Shown here one piece after another: positions 9,646 to 18,076 of a DNA stretch of 64,000 bases. This stretch comes from Thermodesulfobacteriota bacterium (GTDB lineage Bacteria > Desulfobacterota_D > UBA1144 > Nemesobacterales > Nemesobacteraceae): assembly GCA_965204035.1 (NCBI GenBank), contig OZ241964.1:847511-911510 (forward strand), given 5' to 3'. The notes below the pieces were generated by a model. That model saw nothing but the letters and a program-made list of their open reading frames with translations. It was not told where the DNA came from and searched no databases. The translations under genes were made by a program, and so were the position numbers. The stretch's first letter is position 1; the number at the start of each line of letters is the position of its first letter.

Positions 9646-10956
9646 TTGAACCCCGATGACCCCGGTCTTTTCAGACCTCCGAAAGAATCTCTTCCTCTTC
9701 CCGAGAGAATGAGACCTGAGAGCATAGAACAGATGGTAGGCCAGGAGCATCTGATAGGGCCGGACGGGCTTGTGACGAAAACGCTTGAGGCCGGGGGAGT
9801 GCATTCCATGATATTCTGGGGTCCCCCTGGGACGGGCAAGACGACTCTTTCAAGGCTTATCGCGGGCAGGTCGGGTGCCAGATTCGTACAGATAAACGCG
9901 ATTTCCTCAGGAGTAAAGGAACTGAGAGATATAGTCGCGGCCGCAAAAGACGCTCTTTACTCCGGGCGAAAGACCGTGCTCTTCATCGATGAAATACACA
10001 GGTTCAACAAAGCACAGCAGGCGGCGCTTCTAAAAAGCGTCGAGGAAGGGGTTCTGATTCTCATAGGGGCTACCACCGAGAACCCTTCGTTTGAGGTCAT
10101 AAGTCCTCTTCTCTCCCGCTGCCAGGTCTATGTTCTTAACCCGCTCTCGGCGCAGGAGCTTGACCACATACTCGAAAAAGTTTTCTCAGGGGACGAACTT
10201 CTTGCGGGCACCGGCATTTCGGCCGAGGCCCGAGCCGAACTCATAGCTCTTTGCGGGGGAGATGCCAGGGTTATGCTAAACGCCCTCGAGATCGGTTCTT
10301 CTCTTCTTCGCGCAAAGAAGCTTACTGAGATTGACTCTGATCTGGTGAAAGAAATTTTCCAGAAAACGGGTCTTCTCTACGACAGGGCTGGGGAGGAGCA
10401 CTACAATACGATTTCCGCTTTCATAAAAAGCGTCAGGGGAAGCGATCCCGATGCGGCGGTCTATTACCTGGCAAGAATGCTTGAGGCGGGGGAGGATCCG
10501 AAGTTCATCGCAAGACGTCTTGTGATACTTGCTTCAGAGGACATCGGAAACGCAGAGCCCTACGCGCTTACCTTGGCGACCGACTGTTTCACGGCGGTTA
10601 ATTACGTGGGGATGCCTGAGAGCAGGATAATCCTCTCGCAGGTTACTACCTATCTTGCCAGTTGTCCCAAGAGCAATGCGGCCTACAGGGCGATAAAAAA
10701 AGCTGAGAAAGATGTGAAAGAAAATCCGGGCCTCCAGATCCCGCTTCACCTGAGAAACGCTCCCACGAAACTCATGAAGGATCTTGGTTACAAAAAAGGC
10801 TATAAGTACGCCCACGACTATGAAGATCATTTCGTCGAGGACGATTTTCTTCCCGAGGAGATAAAGGACAGCGTTTACTACGAACCCACCGAGAAGGGGA
10901 GGGAGGCGAACCTCAAGAAGTACTTGGAAGCGAGGTGGAAGAAGAGAAAAAAGTGA
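9646..10956 (+). CDS. rarA: Replication-associated recombination protein A (MgsA/RarA AAA+ ATPase)
   Basis: GPPGTGKTT, FIDEIHRFNKAQQ, SAFIKSVRGSDPDAA and LASEDIGNA motifs. Confidence 0.95.
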   Translation: MNPDDPGLFRPPKESLPLPERMRPESIEQMVGQEHLIGPDGLVTKTLEAGGVHSMIFWGPPGTGKTTLSRLIAGRSGARFVQINAISSGVKELRDIVAAAKDALYSGRKTVLFIDEIHRFNKAQQAALLKSVEEGVLILIGATTENPSFEVISPLLSRCQVYVLNPLSAQELDHILEKVFSGDELLAGTGISAEARAELIALCGGDARVMLNALEIGSSLLRAKKLTEIDSDLVKEIFQKTGLLYDRAGEEHYNTISAFIKSVRGSDPDAAVYYLARMLEAGEDPKFIARRLVILASEDIGNAEPYALTLATDCFTAVNYVGMPESRIILSQVTTYLASCPKSNAAYRAIKKAEKDVKENPGLQIPLHLRNAPTKLMKDLGYKKGYKYAHDYEDHFVEDDFLPEEIKDSVYYEPTEKGREANLKKYLEARWKKRKK

Positions 10957-10965
10957 CTGGGGGAA

Positions 10966-11349
10966 TCAGCTTTTTCTCTGTATGAGTTCGATTTTGTACG
11001 AATCGGGGTCCTCGACGAAGGCTATCACGGTGGTTCCGTGTTTCATGGGCCCCGGAGCTCTGGTTACCCGCCCGCCGGCTTGTTCTATCTTCTCGCACGT
11101 TGCGTATATATCTTCTACTCCAAATGCCATGTGTCCGTAACCTTCTCCAAGGTCGTATTTCGAGGTGTCCCAATTATGCGTGAGTTCAAGGAAAGGTTCC
11201 GTGTCGCCACCGTAACCCAGAAAAGCAAGAGTGAAGCGGCCTTCGGGATAATCCGTTTTCCTGTGAAACTTAAGACCGACGACATCGGTATAGAATGCGA
11301 TCGATTTCTCAAGATTGCCTACCCTTATCATTGTGTGAAGATATCTCAT
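10966..11349 (-). CDS. gloA: Lactoylglutathione lyase (glyoxalase I)
   Basis: MRYLHTMIRV, LELTHNW, GYGHMAF and AFVEDPDSYKIEL motifs. Confidence 0.93.
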   Translation of the reverse strand: MRYLHTMIRVGNLEKSIAFYTDVVGLKFHRKTDYPEGRFTLAFLGYGGDTEPFLELTHNWDTSKYDLGEGYGHMAFGVEDIYATCEKIEQAGGRVTRAPGPMKHGTTVIAFVEDPDSYKIELIQRKS

Positions 11350-11439
11350 GTGTCTGACCAAGTCGTTTGTCCGATTTTGCTTATCAATTTATTATACTCT
11401 GTGATCTCCTGAGCGGTAAATAGACCGCAGAGGTGTGAG

Positions 11440-11580
11440 ATGACCGAAAAGAAGGTAAAAAAACAGAAAACCAGAAAGCCTGTTTCCACAAGACCCGGGA
11501 AAGTTATCCCCTCGAAAAAAGATGTCGAGACCAAGAAAAGATTCAGAAAACCGGACTGGGAAAAGGAAATCAAGAAATAA
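11440..11580 (+). CDS. Small Lys-rich protein (46 aa), not in ORF track
   Basis: MTEKKVKKQKTRKPVSTRPGKVIPSKKDVETKKRFRKPDWEKEIKK*. It has a GAGGTG RBS upstream and ends 4 nt before the next ATG. Confidence 0.6.
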   Translation: MTEKKVKKQKTRKPVSTRPGKVIPSKKDVETKKRFRKPDWEKEIKK

Positions 11581-11584
11581 GCTC

Positions 11585-12640
11585 ATGGGGACTTCCGAGA
11601 ACTTAAAAGCGGGGATAACCGGGGCGACGGGTTTTATCGGCGGCAAGCTTGCTGAAAGACTTGCAAACGACGGTTTCTCGATAAGATGTCTGGTAAGAGA
11701 AACGAGCGATACCGAGAAGCTGCGTTCTCTGGGCGCAGAGCTTATTCACGGGGACCTTTGCGACTCCAGTTCGCTTCAAGCTTTTCCGCAAGGGTGTGAT
11801 TACGTTTTTCATCTTGCTTCCAAAGTTTCTGACTGGGGACCGAGGGATGATTTCTTCAGGCAGAACGTAGAGGCGACGGAAACCCTTCTTGACTCTTCAC
11901 GCGAGGCGGGGGTTAGAAGGTTCGTCTACATGAGTTCCTCTACTGTGATCTGGAACGCTTCTTTCCTGGGAACGGTCAACCTCGAGGATATAGATGAGAC
12001 CTATCCATATCCGAAAAGCCACCATAATTTCTATAATGAAACCAAGGCATTATCCGAAAAGATTGTGAGAGAATATAACGGACGGGGAGGCATGGAAACA
12101 GTCATATTAAGACCGTCAAACGTCTGGGGAGCCGGCGACACGGTCATACTTCCGAGAATAGCTGACGCCTGCCTCAAGGGGCTTCTGGTTAACATGGGTT
12201 TTAACAAAAAAATTATCTCTCCATGCCATGTGCTTAATCTTGTTCACGCCGCGGCGCTATCGGCCCTCTCTCCTGCCGGTGCGGGCAACATATACTTCGT
12301 AAACGACGGGGCGCGTATCGATAACCGCCATTTTGTCTCAGACCAGCTTTCATCAATAGGAATTGAATGGAAGCCGGGGGTCACCGTACCTTATACCCTC
12401 GGGTATGCGGTCGCTTTCATTCTTGAGAAGATCTTTGAACTCAGGAAATCTCAGACCCCGCCTGTGCTTACCCGCTTCGGCGTTTCCGCTCTTTCAAAAA
12501 GCAGAACCTACAGCATTGAAAAAGCTAAGAAAGACTTGGGGTATGAACCGGTATGCGGTTACGATGCGGGAATGGCCGGGCTTGCGGAGTGGATTTCAGA
12601 GATTGGCGGTTATGAAAAAATCCTTGGAAGAGGAAAATGA
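11585..12640 (+). CDS. NAD-dependent epimerase/dehydratase (3-beta-HSD-like extended SDR)
   Basis: ITGATGFIGG Rossmann motif and YNETK (YxxxK). Start taken at MGTSEN. Confidence 0.88.
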   Translation: MGTSENLKAGITGATGFIGGKLAERLANDGFSIRCLVRETSDTEKLRSLGAELIHGDLCDSSSLQAFPQGCDYVFHLASKVSDWGPRDDFFRQNVEATETLLDSSREAGVRRFVYMSSSTVIWNASFLGTVNLEDIDETYPYPKSHHNFYNETKALSEKIVREYNGRGGMETVILRPSNVWGAGDTVILPRIADACLKGLLVNMGFNKKIISPCHVLNLVHAAALSALSPAGAGNIYFVNDGARIDNRHFVSDQLSSIGIEWKPGVTVPYTLGYAVAFILEKIFELRKSQTPPVLTRFGVSALSKSRTYSIEKAKKDLGYEPVCGYDAGMAGLAEWISEIGGYEKILGRGK

Positions 12641-12641
12641 T

Positions 12642-13364
12642 ATGCAACCCGGTGCTTTTGCGATAGAAACCAGGGGGCTTGAGAAGCAGTTCGGGTTTTT
12701 CCCTGTGCTGATGGGAATTGATCTTACCGTCAGCCAGGGAGAATTTCTCACAATTTTCGGTCCCAATGGCGCCGGCAAGTCCACATTGCTTTCCATCCTT
12801 TCGACTTTCATAAAACCCGGCGGGGGAGAGGCTTTTGTAGGCGGTTTTGACGTTTCCAGGGAAAAACAGCAGATAAGAAAGCTTATAGGGTTCATCTCCC
12901 ATAACACGATGCTTTATGAGAACCTAACCGCCCGGGAAAATCTCGAATTCATAGGCGCGTTCTACGACGTGCCGGATCTTAAGAACAGGTGCTCTGATAT
13001 TCTCAAGAGGGTTGAACTCTATGCCAAGAAAGACGCGCTCGTAAGCACCCTTTCTTTCGGAACGCGCCAGCGTCTGGCTATCGCCAGAACGCTTCTTCAC
13101 GACCCGCGAATACTTTTTCTTGATGAACCGTACAGCGGTCTTGATTATGGCGGAGCCGCCATCCTTACCTCAATTCTTGGTTCAATGAAAGCGGACAAAA
13201 CCATAGTCATGACGACCCATAATGTCTACGAGGGGCTTTCGCTGTGCGACAAGGTCGCAATTCTCGATCAAGGAGAGGTGGTCTATGCATCCGCGCAGAA
13301 GCCCGCTCGCGAGGAATTTCAGGATATCTACATGTCTCGCGTCAGAAGTGGGGACGGGCAATGA
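12642..13364 (+). CDS. ccmA: Heme exporter ABC ATPase CcmA
   Basis: GPNGAGKST, LSFGTRQR and LDEPY motifs; first gene of the ccm cluster. Confidence 0.88.
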   Translation: MQPGAFAIETRGLEKQFGFFPVLMGIDLTVSQGEFLTIFGPNGAGKSTLLSILSTFIKPGGGEAFVGGFDVSREKQQIRKLIGFISHNTMLYENLTARENLEFIGAFYDVPDLKNRCSDILKRVELYAKKDALVSTLSFGTRQRLAIARTLLHDPRILFLDEPYSGLDYGGAAILTSILGSMKADKTIVMTTHNVYEGLSLCDKVAILDQGEVVYASAQKPAREEFQDIYMSRVRSGDGQ

Positions 13365-14059
13365 GAAATATATTGCTTATATTCAGGAAGGATTTTCTGG
13401 TGGAGTGGCGTTCAAAGCAGATATTCCCCACGATGTTCGTATTCTCGCTTCTGCTTCTTCTTATCTTCAATGTCGCTTTTGAGTTCCGCTCGGATGTTGA
13501 TTCCCGGGCGGTCTCGGCCGTTATATGGATAACTTTTATTTTTTCCGGGCTCCTGGCTCTTGGAAGGTCTTTTTCTCTTGAAAAGGAAAATAACGCCTTC
13601 GCGTTTCTTCTTCTGACTCCCGTCAGCAGAAGCTACATCTATCTTGGAAAACTGCTTTCAAACACGGTTATGGTCCTGCTCTCCGAGCTCTTCATACTTC
13701 CGCTTTTCCTTCTGTTCTTCCTTTTTGACGCAAGCGGGGTTTCATTCTCACTGACGGGCACCGTACTGCCTTTTCTCGGGGTTGTGGTTCTTGGAACGAT
13801 AGGGTTTGTGTCGCTCGGCACTTTTTTTTCTTCGATGGCCCTTAATACAAAGCTTCGCGACATGATGCTTCCCCTGCTGGTTTTTCCCCTCATAATACCT
13901 GTCGTGATAACCTCGGTCGGAATATGCTCTTCAATACTTGAAGGAAGGCCTCCGGAGTACTACGCTTTTTCTTTGCAGGTGCTGGTTTCCTTCGATATAA
14001 TCTTCATCCTTTTATGCTCTATTCTGTTTGAGTATCTTATTGAGGATAGCGGGGACTGA
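13361..14059 (+). CDS. ccmB: Heme exporter permease CcmB
   Basis: RKDFLVEWRSK, RSFSLEKEN and LLVFPLIIP motifs; ATGA overlap with ccmA. Confidence 0.88.
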   Translation: MRNILLIFRKDFLVEWRSKQIFPTMFVFSLLLLLIFNVAFEFRSDVDSRAVSAVIWITFIFSGLLALGRSFSLEKENNAFAFLLLTPVSRSYIYLGKLLSNTVMVLLSELFILPLFLLFFLFDASGVSFSLTGTVLPFLGVVVLGTIGFVSLGTFFSSMALNTKLRDMMLPLLVFPLIIPVVITSVGICSSILEGRPPEYYAFSLQVLVSFDIIFILLCSILFEYLIEDSGD

Positions 14060-14079
14060 CCCGTTTCCTTTTAAAAAAA

Positions 14080-14739
14080 ATGCGAAAAATATTGTTTTTC
14101 CTGACGTTTGCGCTGATGGTTCTCGCTACCTGGATGACGCTTTTTTACGCGCCTACCGAGGTAGTTATGGGCCACGTGCAGAGAATTTTCTATTTCCACA
14201 TGGGGACGGTCTGGGCCGCCACCGTGGCGTTTACGGTGGTTTTCGTGGCGAGCATATATTATCTGCTAAAGGAGACGGCGAAATGGGATACGCTTGCCTA
14301 CTGCTCGGCCGAGATAGGCATGCTGCTTCTTACTCTTACGATCATCACCGGGAGCATATGGGCAAAGCCGGTCTGGGGAACCTGGTGGACGTGGGATCCG
14401 CAGCTGACGACCACGTTTATTCTCTGGGTCCTCTACGCCGTTTATCTGGTTTTGCGCTCCGGTGCCGGAGGACGCGGAAAAAAGGCCAGGTACTCGGCCA
14501 TATTCGCCATAATAGCCTACGTGGACCTTCCCGTGGTTTATGTCTCGGCCCGTATAAAAAGGGGCATATCGCCCGTGGTCTTCGGACCGGGGGGAGGGGG
14601 CATAGATCCCGCCATGATGCACACCCTTTTGGTCACGCTGCTTGGATTCACGCTTCTTTTCGTTTTACTTCTTGGCGAAAGAATAAGGATAATGAATATG
14701 GAAAACACTCTTTACGCCCGGGGCGGGCGAGGGGGTTAG
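14080..14739 (+). CDS. ccmC: Heme exporter/chaperone loader CcmC
   Basis: QRIFYFH and the WWD motif GSIWAKPVWGTWWTWDP. Confidence 0.9.
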   Translation: MRKILFFLTFALMVLATWMTLFYAPTEVVMGHVQRIFYFHMGTVWAATVAFTVVFVASIYYLLKETAKWDTLAYCSAEIGMLLLTLTIITGSIWAKPVWGTWWTWDPQLTTTFILWVLYAVYLVLRSGAGGRGKKARYSAIFAIIAYVDLPVVYVSARIKRGISPVVFGPGGGGIDPAMMHTLLVTLLGFTLLFVLLLGERIRIMNMENTLYARGGRGG

Positions 14740-14745
14740 TCTGCG

Positions 14746-14886
14746 ATGGAGTATTTCCTCTGGTCAAGCGTAGTTGTCTGGGGTTCGCTTATCGCTTACG
14801 TGCTCTACCTGCGCGCGAAGTCAGATTTGGTAAGGAAAAAGCTGCTCTCAGGCGGGGACGGCCCCGGAAGTGGAGGTGAAGGTTGA
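14746..14886 (+). CDS. ccmD: CcmD-like small membrane protein (46 aa), not in ORF track
   Basis: MEYFLWSSVVVWGSLIAYVLYLRAKSDLVRKKL...*: a single TM plus basic tail, lying between ccmC and ccmE with a TTGA overlap. Confidence 0.75.
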   Translation: MEYFLWSSVVVWGSLIAYVLYLRAKSDLVRKKLLSGGDGPGSGGEG

Positions 14887-15293
14887 AGGGTAGACTCAAA
14901 TTCATTCTGCCTCTTTTGGTGATAGTTTCTTTGATTTCCTGGCTTGTCTTCGCGGGAGTCAAGGATTCCATGGTCTACTACATAACGGTTGACGAGCTGC
15001 TGGAGGACGTCCCGGACATCTATGGGCAGAAGGTAAGGGTTTCTGGAACCGTGGTTCACGGTTCAATAAAGAACGAGCTGGATGATTCGCTTCGGTTTAC
15101 CATAGCGGACGGGAAGGGTGAAATCGACGTCGAGTACGACGGCATAATTCCCGATATATTCACAGACGGGGTTGAGGCGGTCGTTGAGGGCAAGTTCTCA
15201 GCCGACAACGTCTTTGAGGCGGACCTGCTGCTTGCGAAATGCCCCACCAAGTATGAGTCGGAAGAAGCCCCCTACCAGAGAAAAGAAGGTTGA
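14883..15293 (+). CDS. ccmE: Heme chaperone CcmE, CxxxY variant
   Basis: N-terminal TM, YYITVDE, PDIFTDG and LAKCPTKY. Confidence 0.92.
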   Translation: MKGRLKFILPLLVIVSLISWLVFAGVKDSMVYYITVDELLEDVPDIYGQKVRVSGTVVHGSIKNELDDSLRFTIADGKGEIDVEYDGIIPDIFTDGVEAVVEGKFSADNVFEADLLLAKCPTKYESEEAPYQRKEG

Positions 15294-15296
15294 AAA

Positions 15297-17255
15297 ATGT
15301 CTGATCTAGGAAGTATAGCCATACTTCTTTCCTTCTTTATCACCATTTACAGTCTTGCCGCCTGCGCTGTTGGTGCGAGAACGGGGAGCCGCGCGTTCGC
15401 TCAAAGCGGTGGAAACGGTATTGTCTCGGCTGCCTTTCTTCTTCTGGTCGCGGTGTGCTGCCTTGTCTATGAGCTTGTGACGCTTGATTTCTCGCTCAGG
15501 TACGTGGCGCTTAACACTAGCACCGACCTTCCCGTGATATACAGGGTGACGGCTCTTTGGGCCGGACAGGCGGGTTCTTTGCTTCTCTGGAGTTTTATTC
15601 TCTCCCTGTATATGGCCTTCGCAGTCCTAAGGAGCAGAAAAAAGGGCGGCGACCCTTACGTAAACGCCGTTTTATGCGCCGTTTCTCTTTTCTTTCTTTT
15701 CCTCATAGCCTACGTTGAAGATCCCTTCGAGAAGCTTGGCGTGGCGGTAGGGGAAGGTAGGGGGCTTAATCCGATTCTTCAAAACGGATACATGGCCATC
15801 CACCCGGTCACTCTTTATGTGGGATACGTGGGGATTACGGTACCTTTCGCTTTCGGCATAGCCGCCCTGCTCAGCGGTCGCCTCGGGGACGAATGGATAA
15901 GGAACTGCAGAAAATACGCCCTTTTCTCCTGGATGTTTCTCTCCGCGGGGCTTCTTCTCGGGGCGAGGTGGGCTTATCTTGAACTCGGCTGGGGAGGATA
16001 CTGGGCATGGGATCCGGTTGAGAACGCGGCGTTTATGCCCTGGCTTGCGGGAACCGCGTTTCTTCACTCCGTCATGATTCAGGAGAGAAAGGCGATGCTT
16101 AAGAAATGGAACATGATTCTGCTTATAATCACCTTTTTCCTCTCCATATTCGGTACTTTCATAACCAGAAGCGGCATAGTGTCCTCGGTTCACTCCTTTG
16201 CCCGCTCGGACATAGGCCCGCTTTTTGTGGGCTTCATGGTCCTCATACTCCTTGTCTCGTTCTCTCTTCTCGCCTACAGGTCAAAAGAGCTTGAAAGCGA
16301 GGAGAAATTTGACTCCCCACTCTCAAGAGAAAGCGCCTTTCTGTTTAACAATCTCCTTTTTCTGGCGGCGGCGTTCTCCGTTTTTCTGGGAACGATTTTC
16401 CCCGTACTCTCGGAGGCTTTCACTGGGAAGAAGATTCTCGTCGGTCCTCCTTATTTCAACGCGGTGGGGGTGCCCATAGGACTTGTTCTTATCCTGCTTA
16501 TGGGGATAGGTCCGCTCATATCCTGGAAAAAGGCTTCGACTGCAAATCTTAAGAGAAATTTCGTTTTCCCCGCGGTGGTTTTTCTGGTGGTTCTTCTGGC
16601 CCTTATAGCCTTCGGCATGAGAGAACCGGTAGCGCTTTTGAGTTTCGCGCTCTGCGGATTTGTCGCTGCGACAGTATTTCTGGAGTATTTCAGGGGTATA
16701 AGGGTGCGCAGCGGCAGGGGGGAGAACCCGGTTTCGGCATTTTTTAACCTCATCTCAAGGAACCGCAGGCGCTACGGCGGATATATCGTTCACCTGGGGG
16801 TGGTGCTTTTGGTAATAGGAATCACGGCTTCTTCTCTTTTCGTTACCCAGAAGGAAGTTGTTCTTGGTAAGGGAGATTCCTTTTCTCTCGGGAGATACGA
16901 TCTGGTCTTCCGCGGAGTGCAGTATATATCAAATGACGCCAAGGACGGATTTTCGGCGGAACTTTCGATCGAGAACGACGGTAAAAGCGTCGCGACCATG
17001 TATCCCGAAAAAAATATCTACAAATACGAGGGAAACAGGGAGATAAACCAGGAAACCGAGGTCGCTCTCCGCTCCACTTTCAGAGACGATCTTTATCTCA
17101 TACTGTCCGAGGTCGGCGGAGGAGGCAAGGTAAACATAAGGGCTCTTCTTAACCCGATGGTTAACTGGATATGGGCAGGAGGTTTTGTTATCGTCCTTGG
17201 AGCGATTGTCACGATGTGGCCCGAAGGACGAAGAAAAAAGGAGTCTGGCGCGTGA
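15297..17255 (+). CDS. ccmF: Heme lyase CcmF
   Basis: WAGQAGSLLLW, GLNPILQ..MAIHP, WGGYWAWDPVENA and SVHSFA motifs. Confidence 0.95.
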   Translation: MSDLGSIAILLSFFITIYSLAACAVGARTGSRAFAQSGGNGIVSAAFLLLVAVCCLVYELVTLDFSLRYVALNTSTDLPVIYRVTALWAGQAGSLLLWSFILSLYMAFAVLRSRKKGGDPYVNAVLCAVSLFFLFLIAYVEDPFEKLGVAVGEGRGLNPILQNGYMAIHPVTLYVGYVGITVPFAFGIAALLSGRLGDEWIRNCRKYALFSWMFLSAGLLLGARWAYLELGWGGYWAWDPVENAAFMPWLAGTAFLHSVMIQERKAMLKKWNMILLIITFFLSIFGTFITRSGIVSSVHSFARSDIGPLFVGFMVLILLVSFSLLAYRSKELESEEKFDSPLSRESAFLFNNLLFLAAAFSVFLGTIFPVLSEAFTGKKILVGPPYFNAVGVPIGLVLILLMGIGPLISWKKASTANLKRNFVFPAVVFLVVLLALIAFGMREPVALLSFALCGFVAATVFLEYFRGIRVRSGRGENPVSAFFNLISRNRRRYGGYIVHLGVVLLVIGITASSLFVTQKEVVLGKGDSFSLGRYDLVFRGVQYISNDAKDGFSAELSIENDGKSVATMYPEKNIYKYEGNREINQETEVALRSTFRDDLYLILSEVGGGGKVNIRALLNPMVNWIWAGGFVIVLGAIVTMWPEGRRKKESGA

Positions 17256-17599
17256 GTGAATACGTAATTTCTCTTCTGCTTGTGGTGCTGGTCTCGGTTT
17301 TTACCGTTTATCCTCTTTTTCTGGGTCGCAGGAAGCCGGGCGCAGCGGATAGTCCCGAGGTTAGCCGGCTTGAGCAGCTTTACGAGAGAAGGGAGCTTTA
17401 TTACTCCTCCATAAAAGACATAGAGCTTGACCGTGATATGGGCAAGCTCAACGAGCAGGATTACGCCGAGCTTATATCAAGGTACAAGGAGAAAGCGGCG
17501 GCTGTTACAAAACAGATCTCGGAGCTTCAACCCACGGGGAAGAACGAAAAAACCGAAGAGGAAATGAAAACATCTCCTTTCAAGACCCCCGTTTCGTGA
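17252..17599 (+). CDS. CcmI N-terminal-like membrane protein
   Basis: GTG start overlaps the ccmF stop. TM segment followed by IKDIELDRDMGKLNEQDYAEL, the CcmI-type motif. Confidence 0.7.
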   Translation: MSEYVISLLLVVLVSVFTVYPLFLGRRKPGAADSPEVSRLEQLYERRELYYSSIKDIELDRDMGKLNEQDYAELISRYKEKAAAVTKQISELQPTGKNEKTEEEMKTSPFKTPVS

Positions 17600-17664
17600 C
17601 TATCGGGAATAATGAAGGAAACAGCGTCGACGTTATGGAAAGACATATGACGAAGGTCAGATCA

Positions 17665-17994
17665 ATGGAAACCGAAGAGACGAGGGTCGAATGTGGCAGC
17701 GGCAATATATTTGCGGACTTAGGTTGTTCCGAAGCCGAGGTTCATCTTCTAAAGGCAGAACTTGTCACCTGTATTGACGAAATTATTCGCCGCCGCAAGC
17801 TGAGGCGAGTTGAAGCAGCGAAGTTGCTAGGTTTGTCTCAATCTGATGTTTCCCGGTTCCTGAGAGGAGATTTTCGCGATTACTCGGTGGAAAAGCTCCT
17901 GCGCTTTTTGACGCTGCTTGGAAGAGACGTGGAAATCGTTATTAAAAAATCTCGTTTAGGGCGACAAGGCAGGCTTAGCGTTGCAACGCCATAG
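17665..17994 (+). CDS. Orphan XRE-family HTH antitoxin (HigA/HTH_37-like)
   Basis: GSGNIFADLG, AAKLLGLSQSDVSR and LLRFLTLLGRDVEIVI. No adjacent toxin. Confidence 0.8.
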   Translation: METEETRVECGSGNIFADLGCSEAEVHLLKAELVTCIDEIIRRRKLRRVEAAKLLGLSQSDVSRFLRGDFRDYSVEKLLRFLTLLGRDVEIVIKKSRLGRQGRLSVATP

Positions 17995-18076
17995 ATACAA
18001 AACCATGCCTCTTGGGGCCGTGAGAGTTCTCTTCTGTTTCCAAGGTGTCCTCAAAGCTGCGGTTAACAAAACGATT

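Noticed and set aside
9162-9839. 578-aa ORF suggesting an N-terminally extended M42 peptidase
   Set aside because: The extension is antisense to the antitoxin and rarA genes; homology starts at MDIELL (9161).
14028-14879. 283-aa alternative-frame ORF over ccmC/ccmD
   Set aside because: It overlaps well-supported genes and has no recognisable motif.
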